From an uncultured Gammaproteobacteria bacterium (GTDB lineage: Bacteria; Pseudomonadota; Gammaproteobacteria; Ga0077536), in assembly GCA_938082545.1 (NCBI GenBank), contig CALKCL010000014.1, forward strand, positions 12,286-76,285: 64,000 bases of DNA, written 5' to 3'. The first letter of the stretch is position 1, and the number at the start of each line of letters is the position of its first letter. Shown here one piece after another: positions 21,730 to 32,115 of this stretch. The position numbers and the translations under genes are program-made. The notes beneath the pieces are model-generated. The model saw only the letters and a list, made by a program, of their open reading frames with translations, did no database searches and was not told the DNA's origin.

Positions 21730-21769
21730 GAGATATGCTTGAAATTTAAGGAATTTAATTGAAGAGTAA

Positions 21770-21845
21770 TGGTGGGCCGTGTAGGATTTGAACCTACGAC
21801 CATCGGATTAAAAGTCCGGTGCTCTACCAACTGAGCTAACGGCCC
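21770..21845 (-). tRNA. tRNA-Lys (anticodon UUU)
   Basis: 76-nt cloverleaf GGGCCGT-TA-GCTC AGTTGGTA GAGC-A-CCGGA CTTTTAA TCCGA-TGGTC-GTAGG TTCAAAT CCTAC-ACGGCCC-A-CCA, with encoded CCA. Confidence 0.97.
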
Positions 21846-21955
21846 TTCAATTAAAAGTGATCATATAAAAGCAACTTGATATAGTATTCCATCTTATGAA
21901 ATAAGCCTAAGCCTGCTATAGCTATTTTCATTAGACGCAATTTTACATCCGCGTT

Positions 21956-21991
21956 GGTGCGCATTCTATTGCACTTTCCTAAGTAGGCCAA
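21956..21991 (-). promoter_or_regulatory. Putative sigma70 stable-RNA promoter for tRNA-Lys
   Basis: Minus strand: TTGGCC (21991-21986), 17 nt, TAGAAT (21968-21963), then the GC-rich discriminator GCGCACC, as in stringently controlled tRNA promoters. Confidence 0.6.
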
Positions 21992-22023
21992 GTGGATTTT
22001 ATCGAAGCAGGCCAAGTAGATTT
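21981..22023. repeat. Imperfect 19-bp direct repeat, 24-bp period
   Basis: AAGTAGGCCAAGTGGATTT (21981-21999) and AAGCAGGCCAAGTAGATTT (22005-22023); 17/19 identical. Confidence 0.75.
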
Positions 22024-22087
22024 CTCAGAGAAGTTTTTCTAGAACGGCTTCCAGTATTTTATGTTGCAAACACAGTAGGGATAAGTA

Positions 22088-22420
22088 ATGCCAATTTATG
22101 AATATCAATGCCAAGCATGTGGTAATAAGTGTGAAATTATGCACCGGATGAGTGAGGGGCCGTCAAAAGATTGTGGCGAGTGCGGTTCGGCGAACTTGAA
22201 AAAATTGATCTCTGCTGTAGGGTTTAAATTGAAAGGGACTGGATGGTATGAGACCGACTTTAAGCACAGCGGAAGCGATAAAAGCAAAGACGAGGGGAGT
22301 AAAACCTCAGGGAAAGAAAATTCTTCCTCTGAAGACAAGAAATCTAGTGGGACAAAAAATGAGACTACAGTCAAGTCCGCGAGCGTTAAATCCAGTAGTA
22401 CCACAAAGTCGTCCGAATAA
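22088..22420 (+). CDS. FmdB family zinc-ribbon protein
   Basis: MPIYEYQC..C, C..C and FKLKGTGWYETD motifs; Ser/Lys-rich tail; usual position upstream of aspS. Confidence 0.9.
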   Translation: MPIYEYQCQACGNKCEIMHRMSEGPSKDCGECGSANLKKLISAVGFKLKGTGWYETDFKHSGSDKSKDEGSKTSGKENSSSEDKKSSGTKNETTVKSASVKSSSTTKSSE

Positions 22421-22514
22421 GACTTGAATTTATGGTGTCTCATTGCACCAGACTCAAGGAGTACGTATCATGCACCGACTCTTAAGCCCTCAAATTTTTA
22501 GTGTTATTTAGCCC

Positions 22515-24290
22515 ATGAGAACTCACTACTGCGGTACTATAAACGAAACATTGATCGATCAAGAAGTTGTACTGTGCGGCTGGGTGCATCGCAGGCGCGA
22601 CCATGGTGGAGTAATCTTTATAGACTTAAGAGATCGAACCGGAATAGCGCAGGTGGTCATTGATCCTGATACTCCTGATAGTTTTAAATTGGCTGAATCG
22701 GTTAGAGGTGAATATGTTTTGTCTATCTCAGGCAAAATTAGGAACCGACCGTCGGGTACCACAAATCAAGACATGCCAACAGGGATGGTGGAGGTTTTAG
22801 TTTCCTCCCTTACTGTTTTAAACCAATCAAAAACCCCTCCTTTTCAACTTGATGATGAAAACGTTCATGATGATGTCAGGTTAAAATATCGATATATAGA
22901 CCTACGAACTGAACGGATGCAGAAAAACTTGATGCTGCGGGCTAAGTTGAGTCGGACATTTCGGAGTTACCTTGACGAAACGGGTTTTCTAGAAGTTGAG
23001 ACGCCCATTTTAACGAAAGCGACCCCGGAAGGTGCGCGTGATTATCTGGTTCCAAGCCGGACACATCCAGGTCAATTTTTTGCTTTACCGCAGTCGCCGC
23101 AGCTCTTTAAGCAGTTGTTGATGATGTCAGGACTGGATAGATATTATCAAATTGTAAGGTGTTTCAGGGATGAGGACCTGCGTGCTGATAGGCAGCCGGA
23201 GTTCACACAAGTAGATATCGAGGTCTCATTCACCGACGAGCTTTCCATTATGACGATGATGGAGACTATGGTTTGTAAAATCTTCAGCTCGATTTTGGAT
23301 GTTCAGATACCAGCTCCTTTTTTGCGTATGACATATGCTGAGGCGATGAGTGACTATGGTTCTGATAAACCTGATCTCAGAAACCCTTTGAGGTTGACTG
23401 AAGTCGGAGATCTGTTGGTAGATACTGATTTCAAAGTATTTTCAGGCCCAGCAAAGAGTAAAAGTGGTCGCGTGGCTGCAATGCGCATCCCTAATGGCTG
23501 TGGGCTTACTAGAAAGCAGTTAGATGAATACGCTACCTTTGTTGCCCGTTATGGAGCAAAAGGCCTTGCCTATATCAAAGTGAATGATATCGACACTGGT
23601 TCAGAGGGTCTGCAATCCCCCATCGTAAAATTTTTGGATCCGAAAATTATAAGTGATTTACTGAAAAGAGTAGGCTGCGTTAGTGGCGATCTGGTTTTTT
23701 TTGGAGCAGATGAAGAGACGATTGTTAATGCTTCACTAGGTGCGTTGAGAGATAAAGTTGCGGGTGACATGTCCCTGTTAGAAGACGACTGGCGGTTCCT
23801 CTGGGTTGTGGACTTTCCTATGTTCGATTGGGATGTCGCCTCGAAGAGATGGAGCGCGCTTCATCATCCCTTTACCGCTCCGAAGACTGACATCAATGAA
23901 GTAGTTCGAGAACCTAGTAAGGCAATTTCTCGCGCCTACGATATGATACTGAATGGATGCGAAATTGGAGGAGGATCAATTAGAATCCACCAATCTGAAG
24001 TTCAGAGTAAAGTATTTGACCTGCTAGGGATGAGCGAAAAAGAGGCCGAAGAAAAATTTGGATTTCTTACCGATGCCTTGCAATATGGGTGCCCGCCACA
24101 TGGAGGAATTGCGTTCGGATTGGATCGGTTGGCGATGTTAATGGCTGGAGAACAATCAATTAGAGAGATGATTGCCTTCCCTAAAACGCAGTCTGCTGGT
24201 TGTTTGCTTACGTCAGCTCCTAGTGAAGTCAGCATAAAGCAGCTTGAAGAGCTCTCTATCAGGGTCAGGAAGCCTGTTAAGCTAGACTGA
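22515..24290 (+). CDS. aspS: Aspartyl-tRNA synthetase (likely non-discriminating Asp/Asn)
   Basis: [38 protein letters not shown] and [12 protein letters not shown] motifs. Confidence 0.97.
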   Translation: MRTHYCGTINETLIDQEVVLCGWVHRRRDHGGVIFIDLRDRTGIAQVVIDPDTPDSFKLAESVRGEYVLSISGKIRNRPSGTTNQDMPTGMVEVLVSSLTVLNQSKTPPFQLDDENVHDDVRLKYRYIDLRTERMQKNLMLRAKLSRTFRSYLDETGFLEVETPILTKATPEGARDYLVPSRTHPGQFFALPQSPQLFKQLLMMSGLDRYYQIVRCFRDEDLRADRQPEFTQVDIEVSFTDELSIMTMMETMVCKIFSSILDVQIPAPFLRMTYAEAMSDYGSDKPDLRNPLRLTEVGDLLVDTDFKVFSGPAKSKSGRVAAMRIPNGCGLTRKQLDEYATFVARYGAKGLAYIKVNDIDTGSEGLQSPIVKFLDPKIISDLLKRVGCVSGDLVFFGADEETIVNASLGALRDKVAGDMSLLEDDWRFLWVVDFPMFDWDVASKRWSALHHPFTAPKTDINEVVREPSKAISRAYDMILNGCEIGGGSIRIHQSEVQSKVFDLLGMSEKEAEEKFGFLTDALQYGCPPHGGIAFGLDRLAMLMAGEQSIREMIAFPKTQSAGCLLTSAPSEVSIKQLEELSIRVRKPVKLD

Positions 24291-24389
24291 CGTTTTTTTA
24301 ATAGACTGTTTTTTCCCCACAAGCTTGGCATCAATGCTGCTATACGTTGTAGACTGATGAGATTGAGATAGCTGGGTACGAGAGACCGA

Positions 24390-25457
24390 ATGCGAACTAA
24401 TGAAACTAATATCGTCGACTACTTATCTGATTTGCCCCCTGTTCATCACGAAGTTCTTAACAAGGATCGACAAGAACAGCTAACGAGTGAGATTGGAGAG
24501 CTGTTGTTGGAGCGAGACGCTGTCTTGGTAGCTCATTATTACACTGACGGCACAATTCAGTCTTTGGCGGACAGCTCCGGCGGTTATGTTTCTGACTCGC
24601 TGGATATGGCGCGGTTTGGTCGTGAGCATGAAGCGAAGACGTTAGTGGTCGCGGGAGTGAGGTTTATGGGAGAGACCGCAAAAATCCTGAGTCCGGATAA
24701 AACTATTCTTACCCCTGATTTGAATGCGAACTGCTCGTTAGATTTAGGCTGCGACCCGGACGAATTTTCTGCTTTTTGCGATCAACACCCTGATCGCACT
24801 ATAGTGGTATATGCAAATACCAGCGCTCGAGTGAAGGCGCGTGCAGACTGGATGGTAACTTCTGGCAGCGCACTGGATGTGGTTAATTTCCTCCATGAAA
24901 AAGGGGATAAAATTTTATGGGCTCCAGATAGGCATTTAGGTAATTATATCGAGTCTCAGACTGGAGCCGATATGCTTCTTTGGAATGCCTCTTGTGTTGT
25001 GCATGATGAGTTCAAAGGGGATGAGCTTGCTAACATGCGACTTGAGTATCCGGATGCGCGCGTTCTCGTCCACCCTGAGTCTCCTGCAAGCGTTATTGCT
25101 CAAGCTGATTATGTCGGATCTACCTCTGGCTTGATAAGTGAGGTGCGAGAGTCGAGCGCCAAAACCTTTATTATCGCTACCGATAAAGGGATTTTTCATA
25201 AAATGCGAGCGGCCGCACCTACTAAGATACTTTTGGAGGCTCCTACGGCAGGGAAAGGTGCGACATGTCGTAGCTGTGCTGAGTGTCCTTGGATGGCGAT
25301 GAACAGTTTGGTAAAAATTCGAGATGTCTTACGAGATGGCTCAAATGAAATCGTTGTGCCTTTTGACATAGCCCAGCAAGCTCGCATCCCTATTGAGCGC
25401 TTGTTAGAATTTTCTAAGAAGAGAAAGATAGTTGTTATCGGGAATAATGATGCGTGA
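24390..25457 (+). CDS. nadA: Quinolinate synthase
   Basis: LVAHYY, DSL, CSL, VVYANTS, CVVH, HPE and CPWM motifs (Fe-S cysteines present). Confidence 0.95.
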   Translation: MRTNETNIVDYLSDLPPVHHEVLNKDRQEQLTSEIGELLLERDAVLVAHYYTDGTIQSLADSSGGYVSDSLDMARFGREHEAKTLVVAGVRFMGETAKILSPDKTILTPDLNANCSLDLGCDPDEFSAFCDQHPDRTIVVYANTSARVKARADWMVTSGSALDVVNFLHEKGDKILWAPDRHLGNYIESQTGADMLLWNASCVVHDEFKGDELANMRLEYPDARVLVHPESPASVIAQADYVGSTSGLISEVRESSAKTFIIATDKGIFHKMRAAAPTKILLEAPTAGKGATCRSCAECPWMAMNSLVKIRDVLRDGSNEIVVPFDIAQQARIPIERLLEFSKKRKIVVIGNNDA

Positions 25458-25529
25458 AGAAGCCGTGCCATCAGTTTTGCTTTCAAATTATTTTATTACA
25501 TACGTTTTCTAGGAGCGATCGACAGAATC

Positions 25530-26282
25530 ATGGCAGGTCATAGCAAGTGGGCAAATATTCAGCACAAGAAAGGTAAAACTGATGCTAAGCGTGGGAAATT
25601 GTTTACTCGACTTATTAGAGAAGTTACGGTCGCTGCTCGTCTAGGCGGAGCGGATGTAAAGGCTAACCCTAGATTGCGGTCAGCTATTGAGACAGCGTTG
25701 TCGGCGAACATGGCGAAAGACACTGTAGAGCGTGCTGCGGCTAGAGGTGCTGGAGATCTCGCTAGCGATAGCTATGAAGAACTCCGATATGAAGGCTATG
25801 GACCTCACGGTGTCGCCGTAGTTGTGGATTGTATGACTGATAATCGCAATAGGACCGTTGCCGAGATTAGGCATGCCTTTTCGAAGTGCGGCGGAAAGCT
25901 AGGTACGGATGGATCCGTTTCGTATTTGTTTCAAAAAATCGGATATCTTTCATTTGGGTCTGAGACAGATCAAGATGCTCTAATGGATGCTGCGATAGAA
26001 GCTGGAGCCGATGATGTATTAGTAGGGGATGACGGAAGCCAGGAAATTTTGATTAAGCCTGACGACTTTCACACTGTTGCAAGTCATATTTTAGCTACTG
26101 GATACGTTCCAGAGACACAAGAAATAACTTTACGAGCCGATAACACTGTTGAGTTAGAGTTAGAGCAAGCTGAAAAAATGATGCATTTTATCGACATGCT
26201 TGAAGAGCTAGATGATGTGCAAAAAGTTTATTCTAATGCAGAGATATCAAATCAGGTCTTAGATGCTCTTGGAGCTTCTTAG
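25530..26282 (+). CDS. yebC: YebC/PmpR family protein
   Basis: MAGHSKWANI, YEGYGP and TDNRNRT motifs. Confidence 0.96.
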   Translation: MAGHSKWANIQHKKGKTDAKRGKLFTRLIREVTVAARLGGADVKANPRLRSAIETALSANMAKDTVERAAARGAGDLASDSYEELRYEGYGPHGVAVVVDCMTDNRNRTVAEIRHAFSKCGGKLGTDGSVSYLFQKIGYLSFGSETDQDALMDAAIEAGADDVLVGDDGSQEILIKPDDFHTVASHILATGYVPETQEITLRADNTVELELEQAEKMMHFIDMLEELDDVQKVYSNAEISNQVLDALGAS

Positions 26283-26297
26283 TGTGTTAGGCCTTTT

Positions 26298-26801
26298 GTG
26301 TCATTAATTCTTGGAATTGACCCGGGTTCGCGAATTACGGGATATGGGCTAGTAGAAGCGCTTAGTGGGAAGGTTCGTTGCGTTGATTACGGTTGCATTA
26401 AGCTCGGAACTGGGAGAGTGGAGCTTCGCTTGGCGACACTCTTTCAAGAGCTATTAGATCTCGGCGCCAAGTACCATCTCGTTGAAGTTGCCATAGAAAA
26501 AGTTTTTGTAGGTAAAAGTGTTTCTTCTGCACTGAAGCTTGGCCAAGCTCGCGGAGTCGCGCTAATGTTTGCAGGTAGAGAAGGGCTTCCGACTTTTGAG
26601 TATTCTCCCACTGAAATAAAAAAAGCTACAGTGGGCCGAGGACATGCCGATAAGGCACAGGTACAGCATATGATGAAAGTACTTTTAGGCTTGCAGTCTA
26701 TCCCACCTCCGGACGCTGCTGATGCACTTGCAGTAGCGATCTGTCACGCTCATACTTCTAGTTTCACCGGTCGATTATCTGATTTTGGAGCGGAGCAGTG
26801 A
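26298..26801 (+). CDS. ruvC: Holliday junction resolvase RuvC
   Basis: ILGIDPGS, LGQARG and DAADALAVAICH motifs. Confidence 0.96.
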   Translation: MSLILGIDPGSRITGYGLVEALSGKVRCVDYGCIKLGTGRVELRLATLFQELLDLGAKYHLVEVAIEKVFVGKSVSSALKLGQARGVALMFAGREGLPTFEYSPTEIKKATVGRGHADKAQVQHMMKVLLGLQSIPPPDAADALAVAICHAHTSSFTGRLSDFGAEQ

Positions 26802-27391
26802 TAGGGCGTATCTCAGGGGTTTTACTTGAAAAAGCCGCACAAAAAATTGTCATTGATTGTCTTGGGTTAGGCTATGAACTCGAGACTTCTCTTACCACGT
26901 TTTTAAAGCTACCTGACCTGGGGCAGAAAGTTTCATTGTACACGCACCTCACTATTAGGGATGATGCACATCTTCTCTATGGGTTTTCCAATGAGAGTGA
27001 GAGAGGACTCTTTCGGAGTTTGCTGAAAGTAAATGGGGTGGGGACTAAAGTTGCCTTAGTAATTTTGTCTGGTATGGATGCTTTGTCGTTTGCGAATTGT
27101 GTTCATAACGAAGATGTAGCGCGTTTGAGTTTATTACCTGGTTTAGGGAAAAAAACTTCAGAAAGACTAATTGTTGAAATGCGAGACCGAGTATCTGACT
27201 TTGTAGGTGAAGAAACCGATGGAGCTGGTTCTGCGCTCGCCAGAGACTGCTCAGCTGACGCGATTAGTGGATTAGTTGCGCTAGGTTATAAAGCTCAAGA
27301 AGCTAGTAAATACGTTCACGCAATTGATGCCGGTGATTTGACGAGCGAAAATATTATCCGTGAAGTGTTGAAAAAATTGGTAAAAAAATGA
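26798..27391 (+). CDS. ruvA: Holliday junction branch migration protein RuvA
   Basis: LLYGF, HhH motifs KVNGVGTK and LPGLGKK, ALGY. Confidence 0.95.
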   Translation: MIGRISGVLLEKAAQKIVIDCLGLGYELETSLTTFLKLPDLGQKVSLYTHLTIRDDAHLLYGFSNESERGLFRSLLKVNGVGTKVALVILSGMDALSFANCVHNEDVARLSLLPGLGKKTSERLIVEMRDRVSDFVGEETDGAGSALARDCSADAISGLVALGYKAQEASKYVHAIDAGDLTSENIIREVLKKLVKK

Positions 27392-27406
27392 TATTTGGTA
27401 ATGACG

Positions 27407-28444
27407 ATGTCCGAATCTGAGCGCTTGATCACCGGAGCACCTATGCTGGACGATCGTGAGATGGAGCCATCTATTCGTCCTCAACTATTGATGGACTACA
27501 TAGGTCAGACTAGCGTCCATGAGCAAATGGAAGTTTTTATTGGAGCTGCGAAGAAGCGGAATGAGGCGTTAGATCATGTCTTGATTTCTGGGCCACCCGG
27601 CTTGGGGAAGACTACTCTGGCGAACATTATCGCTAATGAAATGGGAGTTCAGCTGCGTCAGACTTCGGGGCCAGTATTGGAAAAGGCAGGTGATCTAGCC
27701 GCTCTATTGACTAACCTAGAACCCCATGATGTTTTGTTTATTGACGAGATTCATAGGCTCAACCCTTTGGTGGAAGAGGTTCTCTACCCCGCGATGGAAG
27801 ACTACCAGCTAGATATCATGATTGGGGAGGGTCCCTCTGCAAGGGCGATAAAGCTAGATTTACCAAAATTCACACTGATTGGTGCAACTACTAGAGCGGG
27901 ACTATTAACGTCTCCGTTCAGAGATAGGTTTGGTATTTCACAGCGATTAGAGTTTTATTCTCCTCAGGATCTAGCCTTAATTATTCATAGATCGGCTGGG
28001 ATTTTAAATGTGAACATAGATCCGGAAGCAAAAGTAGAGCTGGCTAGACGTTCGCGGGGGACGCCCCGTATTGCTAACCGGCTGCTTAGAAGGGCTAGAG
28101 ACTTTGCTGAGATGAAAGGAGATGGAAAGCTAACTGGCGACGTCGCTAATAAGGCGTTGTACATGTTAAATGTTGATGCTAATGGATTGGATACTATGGA
28201 TCGTAATCTGTTACTTGCAGTCATGGAGAAGTTTGACGGGGGACCAGTTGGAATCGATAGTCTTGCTGCCGCGATAAGTGAAGAGAAAGGCACTATAGAA
28301 GATGTGATAGAGCCCTACCTGATACAACAGGGGTTCTTAATGCGTACTCCTCGTGGCCGTGTTGTGACGTCACAGACGTGGCAGCACTTCGGAATAACAC
28401 CCTCACAGCACAGTAATACTTTTAGAGACGAAGAACTTTCGTAG
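27407..28444 (+). CDS. ruvB: Holliday junction helicase RuvB
   Basis: [23 protein letters not shown] and [11 protein letters not shown] motifs. Start is ATG 27407 or 27401. Confidence 0.97.
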   Translation: MSESERLITGAPMLDDREMEPSIRPQLLMDYIGQTSVHEQMEVFIGAAKKRNEALDHVLISGPPGLGKTTLANIIANEMGVQLRQTSGPVLEKAGDLAALLTNLEPHDVLFIDEIHRLNPLVEEVLYPAMEDYQLDIMIGEGPSARAIKLDLPKFTLIGATTRAGLLTSPFRDRFGISQRLEFYSPQDLALIIHRSAGILNVNIDPEAKVELARRSRGTPRIANRLLRRARDFAEMKGDGKLTGDVANKALYMLNVDANGLDTMDRNLLLAVMEKFDGGPVGIDSLAAAISEEKGTIEDVIEPYLIQQGFLMRTPRGRVVTSQTWQHFGITPSQHSNTFRDEELS

Positions 28445-28457
28445 ATGTGTGGTAAGA

Positions 28458-28859
28458 ATGAAGGGTGAATCTATTTTTAGGGTTTATTATGAGGATACCG
28501 ATGCGGGTGGTATTGTTTATCACGCTAATTATCTGCGATTTATGGAGCGTGGAAGGGCAGAATGGCTCAGATCTTTGGGGCTTGATCAAAACATCTTGAA
28601 AACGGATTACAGTATCTTATTTGTTGTGATGAAGTCCGAGATATATTACAAAAGTCCCGCCCGACTTGACGATCAGATAAAGGTTTTTACGGAGGTAAAA
28701 CAGTTGAAAAGAGCGAGTGTTATTTTTGCGCAAAGGATCGAGAATTCTCCAGTTCAGCTATGCTTGGCTAATAATGTCTTGGCTTGTGTCGATTCTGAGA
28801 GTCTTTTGCCGAAGCGAATTCCAGCTCAGTTATTAGGTATCTTTGCGAATGGAGACTGA
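28458..28859 (+). CDS. ybgC: Tol-Pal-associated acyl-CoA thioesterase
   Basis: RVYYEDTDAGGIVYHANYL motif; precedes tolQ. Confidence 0.93.
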   Translation: MKGESIFRVYYEDTDAGGIVYHANYLRFMERGRAEWLRSLGLDQNILKTDYSILFVVMKSEIYYKSPARLDDQIKVFTEVKQLKRASVIFAQRIENSPVQLCLANNVLACVDSESLLPKRIPAQLLGIFANGD

Positions 28860-29526
28860 TCTATCGATTCTTAGTTTGATTTGGGGGGCTAGCTCATTAG
28901 TAAAAGTAGTGATGCTTTTGTTGTTAGGAGCCTCTTTTGTCTCATGGGCTATTATTTTTGCTAAACGACATTTGATTCAGCAGGTTAGAGAAGACATGTT
29001 GATTTTCGAGGCTGAGTTTTGGGGTACCGAGGATCTTACGGAGTTGTACAATACTGTTTCCCAGGACTCCTCCGGCAAAGGTAATGTGATGCAATCTGTG
29101 TTCGAAGCTGGCTTTAGCGAGTTTATGCGACTTCGGGAACAGCAAGGGTTGTTGCCATCCGAAATACTTAGTGGTTCGGAGAGGGCCATGAAAGTAGCAT
29201 TAGGGCGAAGCCTTGAAGCCTTGGAGACGGACTTACCAAAGTTAGCCACTATCGGGTCAGTAAGCCCTTATATAGGACTTTTTGGCACAGTCTGGGGGAT
29301 CATGAATTCTTTCCAATCCTTAGGCAACGTCAACCAAGCAACTCTTGCGATGGTAGCTCCAGGGATATCAGAGGCTCTTGTCGCAACAGCGATGGGTCTT
29401 TTTGCTGCTATTCCGGCTGTTATCGGGTTCAATAGTTTCTCCACTAAAATTGACCATATTTATGGCAGATCAGAACTTTTTATTGAGGAATTTTTGGCAA
29501 TATTGCAGCGACAGGCTAAAAGTTAA
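28849..29526 (+). CDS. tolQ: TolQ
   Basis: SPYIGLFGTVWGIM and APGISEALVATAMGL motifs. Confidence 0.95.
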   Translation: METDLSILSLIWGASSLVKVVMLLLLGASFVSWAIIFAKRHLIQQVREDMLIFEAEFWGTEDLTELYNTVSQDSSGKGNVMQSVFEAGFSEFMRLREQQGLLPSEILSGSERAMKVALGRSLEALETDLPKLATIGSVSPYIGLFGTVWGIMNSFQSLGNVNQATLAMVAPGISEALVATAMGLFAAIPAVIGFNSFSTKIDHIYGRSELFIEEFLAILQRQAKS

Positions 29527-29535
29527 GGAAGCGCT

Positions 29536-29961
29536 TTGAAAACAAGACAGCAGAATCGGCAGCAGCTAATGTCTGATATTAACGTTGTACCTTATATCGA
29601 CGTGATGTTGGTTTTGTTAGTCATCTTTATGGTCACTGCCCCGCTAGTCACTCAAGGAGTAAAAATCACACTTCCGCAGGTGCCTTCAAAAATAATACCT
29701 TCCGAGCAGAGCGAACCGATAATTGTTACGGTCGACTCCGAAGGGAGCTTGTATGTTGATGTAGGAGAAAGCGCTGAGACGGTTATCTCAGAAGAAATGC
29801 TGATTACTCGCGTGGCAGCTATTATTAAATACCGTCCAGGTTCACAGTTTTTACTGAGGGGTGATGAAGCTGTAGATTACGGGCGGATAGTCCGTGTGAT
29901 GGCATTAATTCAGAGCGCTGGCGTTGAGAGCGTTGGCCTCATTACGCAGTCACCAAATTAG
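29536..29961 (+). CDS. tolR: TolR
   Basis: INVVPYIDVMLVLLVIFMVTAP motif; TTG start. Confidence 0.94.
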   Translation: MKTRQQNRQQLMSDINVVPYIDVMLVLLVIFMVTAPLVTQGVKITLPQVPSKIIPSEQSEPIIVTVDSEGSLYVDVGESAETVISEEMLITRVAAIIKYRPGSQFLLRGDEAVDYGRIVRVMALIQSAGVESVGLITQSPN

Positions 29962-29968
29962 GATTGCT

Positions 29969-30787
29969 TTGAAAATTTTCCTTTGGTTGAAAACATACGT
30001 GATTACGTCTCCTCTATTATATTCGACTGGGGTCCATCTATTAATGTTGTTGCTGGTGATAACCAGTTTTCGCTTTGATGCAGAAGAAAAAATGACTGAT
30101 AGTCCGCCTGAAAAAATTGTGCGAGCAGTGGCTATCAATGCTGAAATTTTAGATCAAGAGATTGATAAAATAAGAAAAGCTGAGAACAGGCAAGAGGCGG
30201 AAAAAAAACAACGACTAAGGGAGCTTGAAAGAGAGACGGCTGCGCTTCTAGAAAAACGTGATTCCTCACAAAAACGACTAACTAAATTGGCAGCGGAAAA
30301 TAAACGACTCAAAAATGAAGAAAAAAAAGCAACGCAAAAAAAATTACTAGCAGACAGAAAAGCTAAAGTTGCACAGAAAAAAGCTAAAGAAGCTGATTTA
30401 AAATTGGTTGAAGTAGAAAAAATGCGTCGTGCAGCACAGGCTCAATATAAGGAAACAGAGTTAGCGCGCAAACAGGCCGCGTCTTTTGCCGAAAAAGAGG
30501 CGGAGTCAGCTGAGATTGAACGCTATACGACTGCTATTCACGGGCGGGTCCGGAGGTTTTTTAATGTGTTGCCTAACTTTGAGGGATTGGTTTGTGTCCT
30601 AGATATCAGGCTGTTGCCGGACGGTAATGTGGCCACTGTGTCCGTACAGAAAAGCAGTGGTAACGAATTATTTGATCGCCATGCTGAGAATGCTGTGAGA
30701 AAATCCGCGCCATTGCCTGTTCCGGATGAGCCACAGATTTTCAAGAAAATGAGAAGAATATCCTTTGTTTTTGATCCAAAGTTCTAG
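29969..30787 (+). CDS. tolA: TolA
   Basis: TM segment with S..VH motif, Lys/Ala/Glu-rich helix, C-terminal SSGN..FD..A..AV...PLP domain. Start uncertain (TTG 29969 chosen). Confidence 0.85.
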   Translation: MKIFLWLKTYVITSPLLYSTGVHLLMLLLVITSFRFDAEEKMTDSPPEKIVRAVAINAEILDQEIDKIRKAENRQEAEKKQRLRELERETAALLEKRDSSQKRLTKLAAENKRLKNEEKKATQKKLLADRKAKVAQKKAKEADLKLVEVEKMRRAAQAQYKETELARKQAASFAEKEAESAEIERYTTAIHGRVRRFFNVLPNFEGLVCVLDIRLLPDGNVATVSVQKSSGNELFDRHAENAVRKSAPLPVPDEPQIFKKMRRISFVFDPKF

Positions 30788-32090
30788 AATCAAATCTCAA
30801 TTTTACAGAGCCGCTTTGGTTGTCTGCTTGATTGCAGGTCCTGTATTAACATCTGCTGGCAATCTTGTTATAAAAATCGAAAAAGGAGTGGTCAAGCCTC
30901 TGCTCATTAGCGTGATTCCTTTCAAGACGGGTGATGAGGCGTTACCATTTCAATTTTCAAAAATAATCAGTCGTAATTTAGAAAGAACAGGATTGTTCTC
31001 TTCTATCCCATTAAAAGATATGCCGCAAACCTCGCTATTTCATAGTGTCAATTTCAAAAGTTGGACAGCATTGGGTGTAGAAAATCTTGTCACGGGAGAG
31101 GTCAAAAGAAAGGGAGTTGAGCAGTACGAGGTTGAGTTTCGGTTGCTTGATACATATAAAAAATCAACATTGCTGGGGTATCGGATTCCCTTTGATCCTA
31201 GTAATTCTCGGTTCGTGGCGCATAAAGCTACCGATTTCATCTATCACAAGCTGCTAGGAAAGCAGGGGGCATTTACAAGCTTGTTAGCCTATATAACTGT
31301 TGTGAAAAATTCTGAAAAAAGGAAGGTATACCGACTAATAGTGGCTGACTCAGATGGCTATAATCCCAGAACGATTGTGAAATCATATGAACCTCTCATG
31401 TCGCCTGCATGGTCCCACGATGGAAAACAGCTGGCGTACGTTTCCTTCGAAAGTAAAAATTCTGCAATTTATTTACAAAATTTAAGTGATGGAAAGAGAC
31501 AGCTATTAGTTTCCGGAAAAGGTATAAACAGCGCACCCTCATTTTCTCCCGATGGGACTCGTATAGCGATGACATTATCGAGGGATGGAAACCCCGAGAT
31601 TTACCTTTATTATTTAGCAACAGAACAGTTGGAAAGAATAACTCGGCACGGGGCGATTGATACAGAACCATCCTGGTCTCCGGATGGAGATACATTAATT
31701 TTTACGTCCGACCGAGGTGCAGGAGCACAGATTTACTCTTATAAGTTTGATGGTAAGGCGCCGCAAAGAGTTACCTATAATATGGGGACATATAATGTAA
31801 GAGGAAGGTATTCTCCAGATGGTAGAAAAATTGCCGTCGTACATGGGGGCGGAGATGGGTACCAGATTGGGGTGCTTGATTTGAAAAGTAATATTTATGA
31901 AATGCTCACCACAGGAATACTTGATGAATCACCAAGTTTCGCTCCTAATGGAAGTATGATTATCTATTCCACAATGACTGATAAAGGTAGTCAGCTAGCC
32001 GCCGCATCGGTTGACGGCTTTATGCAACAAACATTGGAGCAGCAAATAGGAGAGGTACGTGAGCCTGTGTGGGGGCCTTTGATCCGTTAA
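30765..32090 (+). CDS. tolB: TolB
   Basis: Repeated SP.WSPDG beta-propeller motifs, DSDGYN, final EPVWGP; start uncertain. Confidence 0.93.
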   Translation: MFLIQSSRIKSQFYRAALVVCLIAGPVLTSAGNLVIKIEKGVVKPLLISVIPFKTGDEALPFQFSKIISRNLERTGLFSSIPLKDMPQTSLFHSVNFKSWTALGVENLVTGEVKRKGVEQYEVEFRLLDTYKKSTLLGYRIPFDPSNSRFVAHKATDFIYHKLLGKQGAFTSLLAYITVVKNSEKRKVYRLIVADSDGYNPRTIVKSYEPLMSPAWSHDGKQLAYVSFESKNSAIYLQNLSDGKRQLLVSGKGINSAPSFSPDGTRIAMTLSRDGNPEIYLYYLATEQLERITRHGAIDTEPSWSPDGDTLIFTSDRGAGAQIYSYKFDGKAPQRVTYNMGTYNVRGRYSPDGRKIAVVHGGGDGYQIGVLDLKSNIYEMLTTGILDESPSFAPNGSMIIYSTMTDKGSQLAAASVDGFMQQTLEQQIGEVREPVWGPLIR

Positions 32091-32115
32091 GTGGATTCTT
32101 AAAGCGTTATTAATT

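Noticed and set aside
22260..22420. Ser/Lys-rich low-complexity tail
   Set aside because: Disordered tails like this are typical of FmdB-family proteins.
30180..30500. A-rich low-complexity repetitive stretch
   Set aside because: It is the normal Lys/Glu/Ala-rich helical domain II of TolA.
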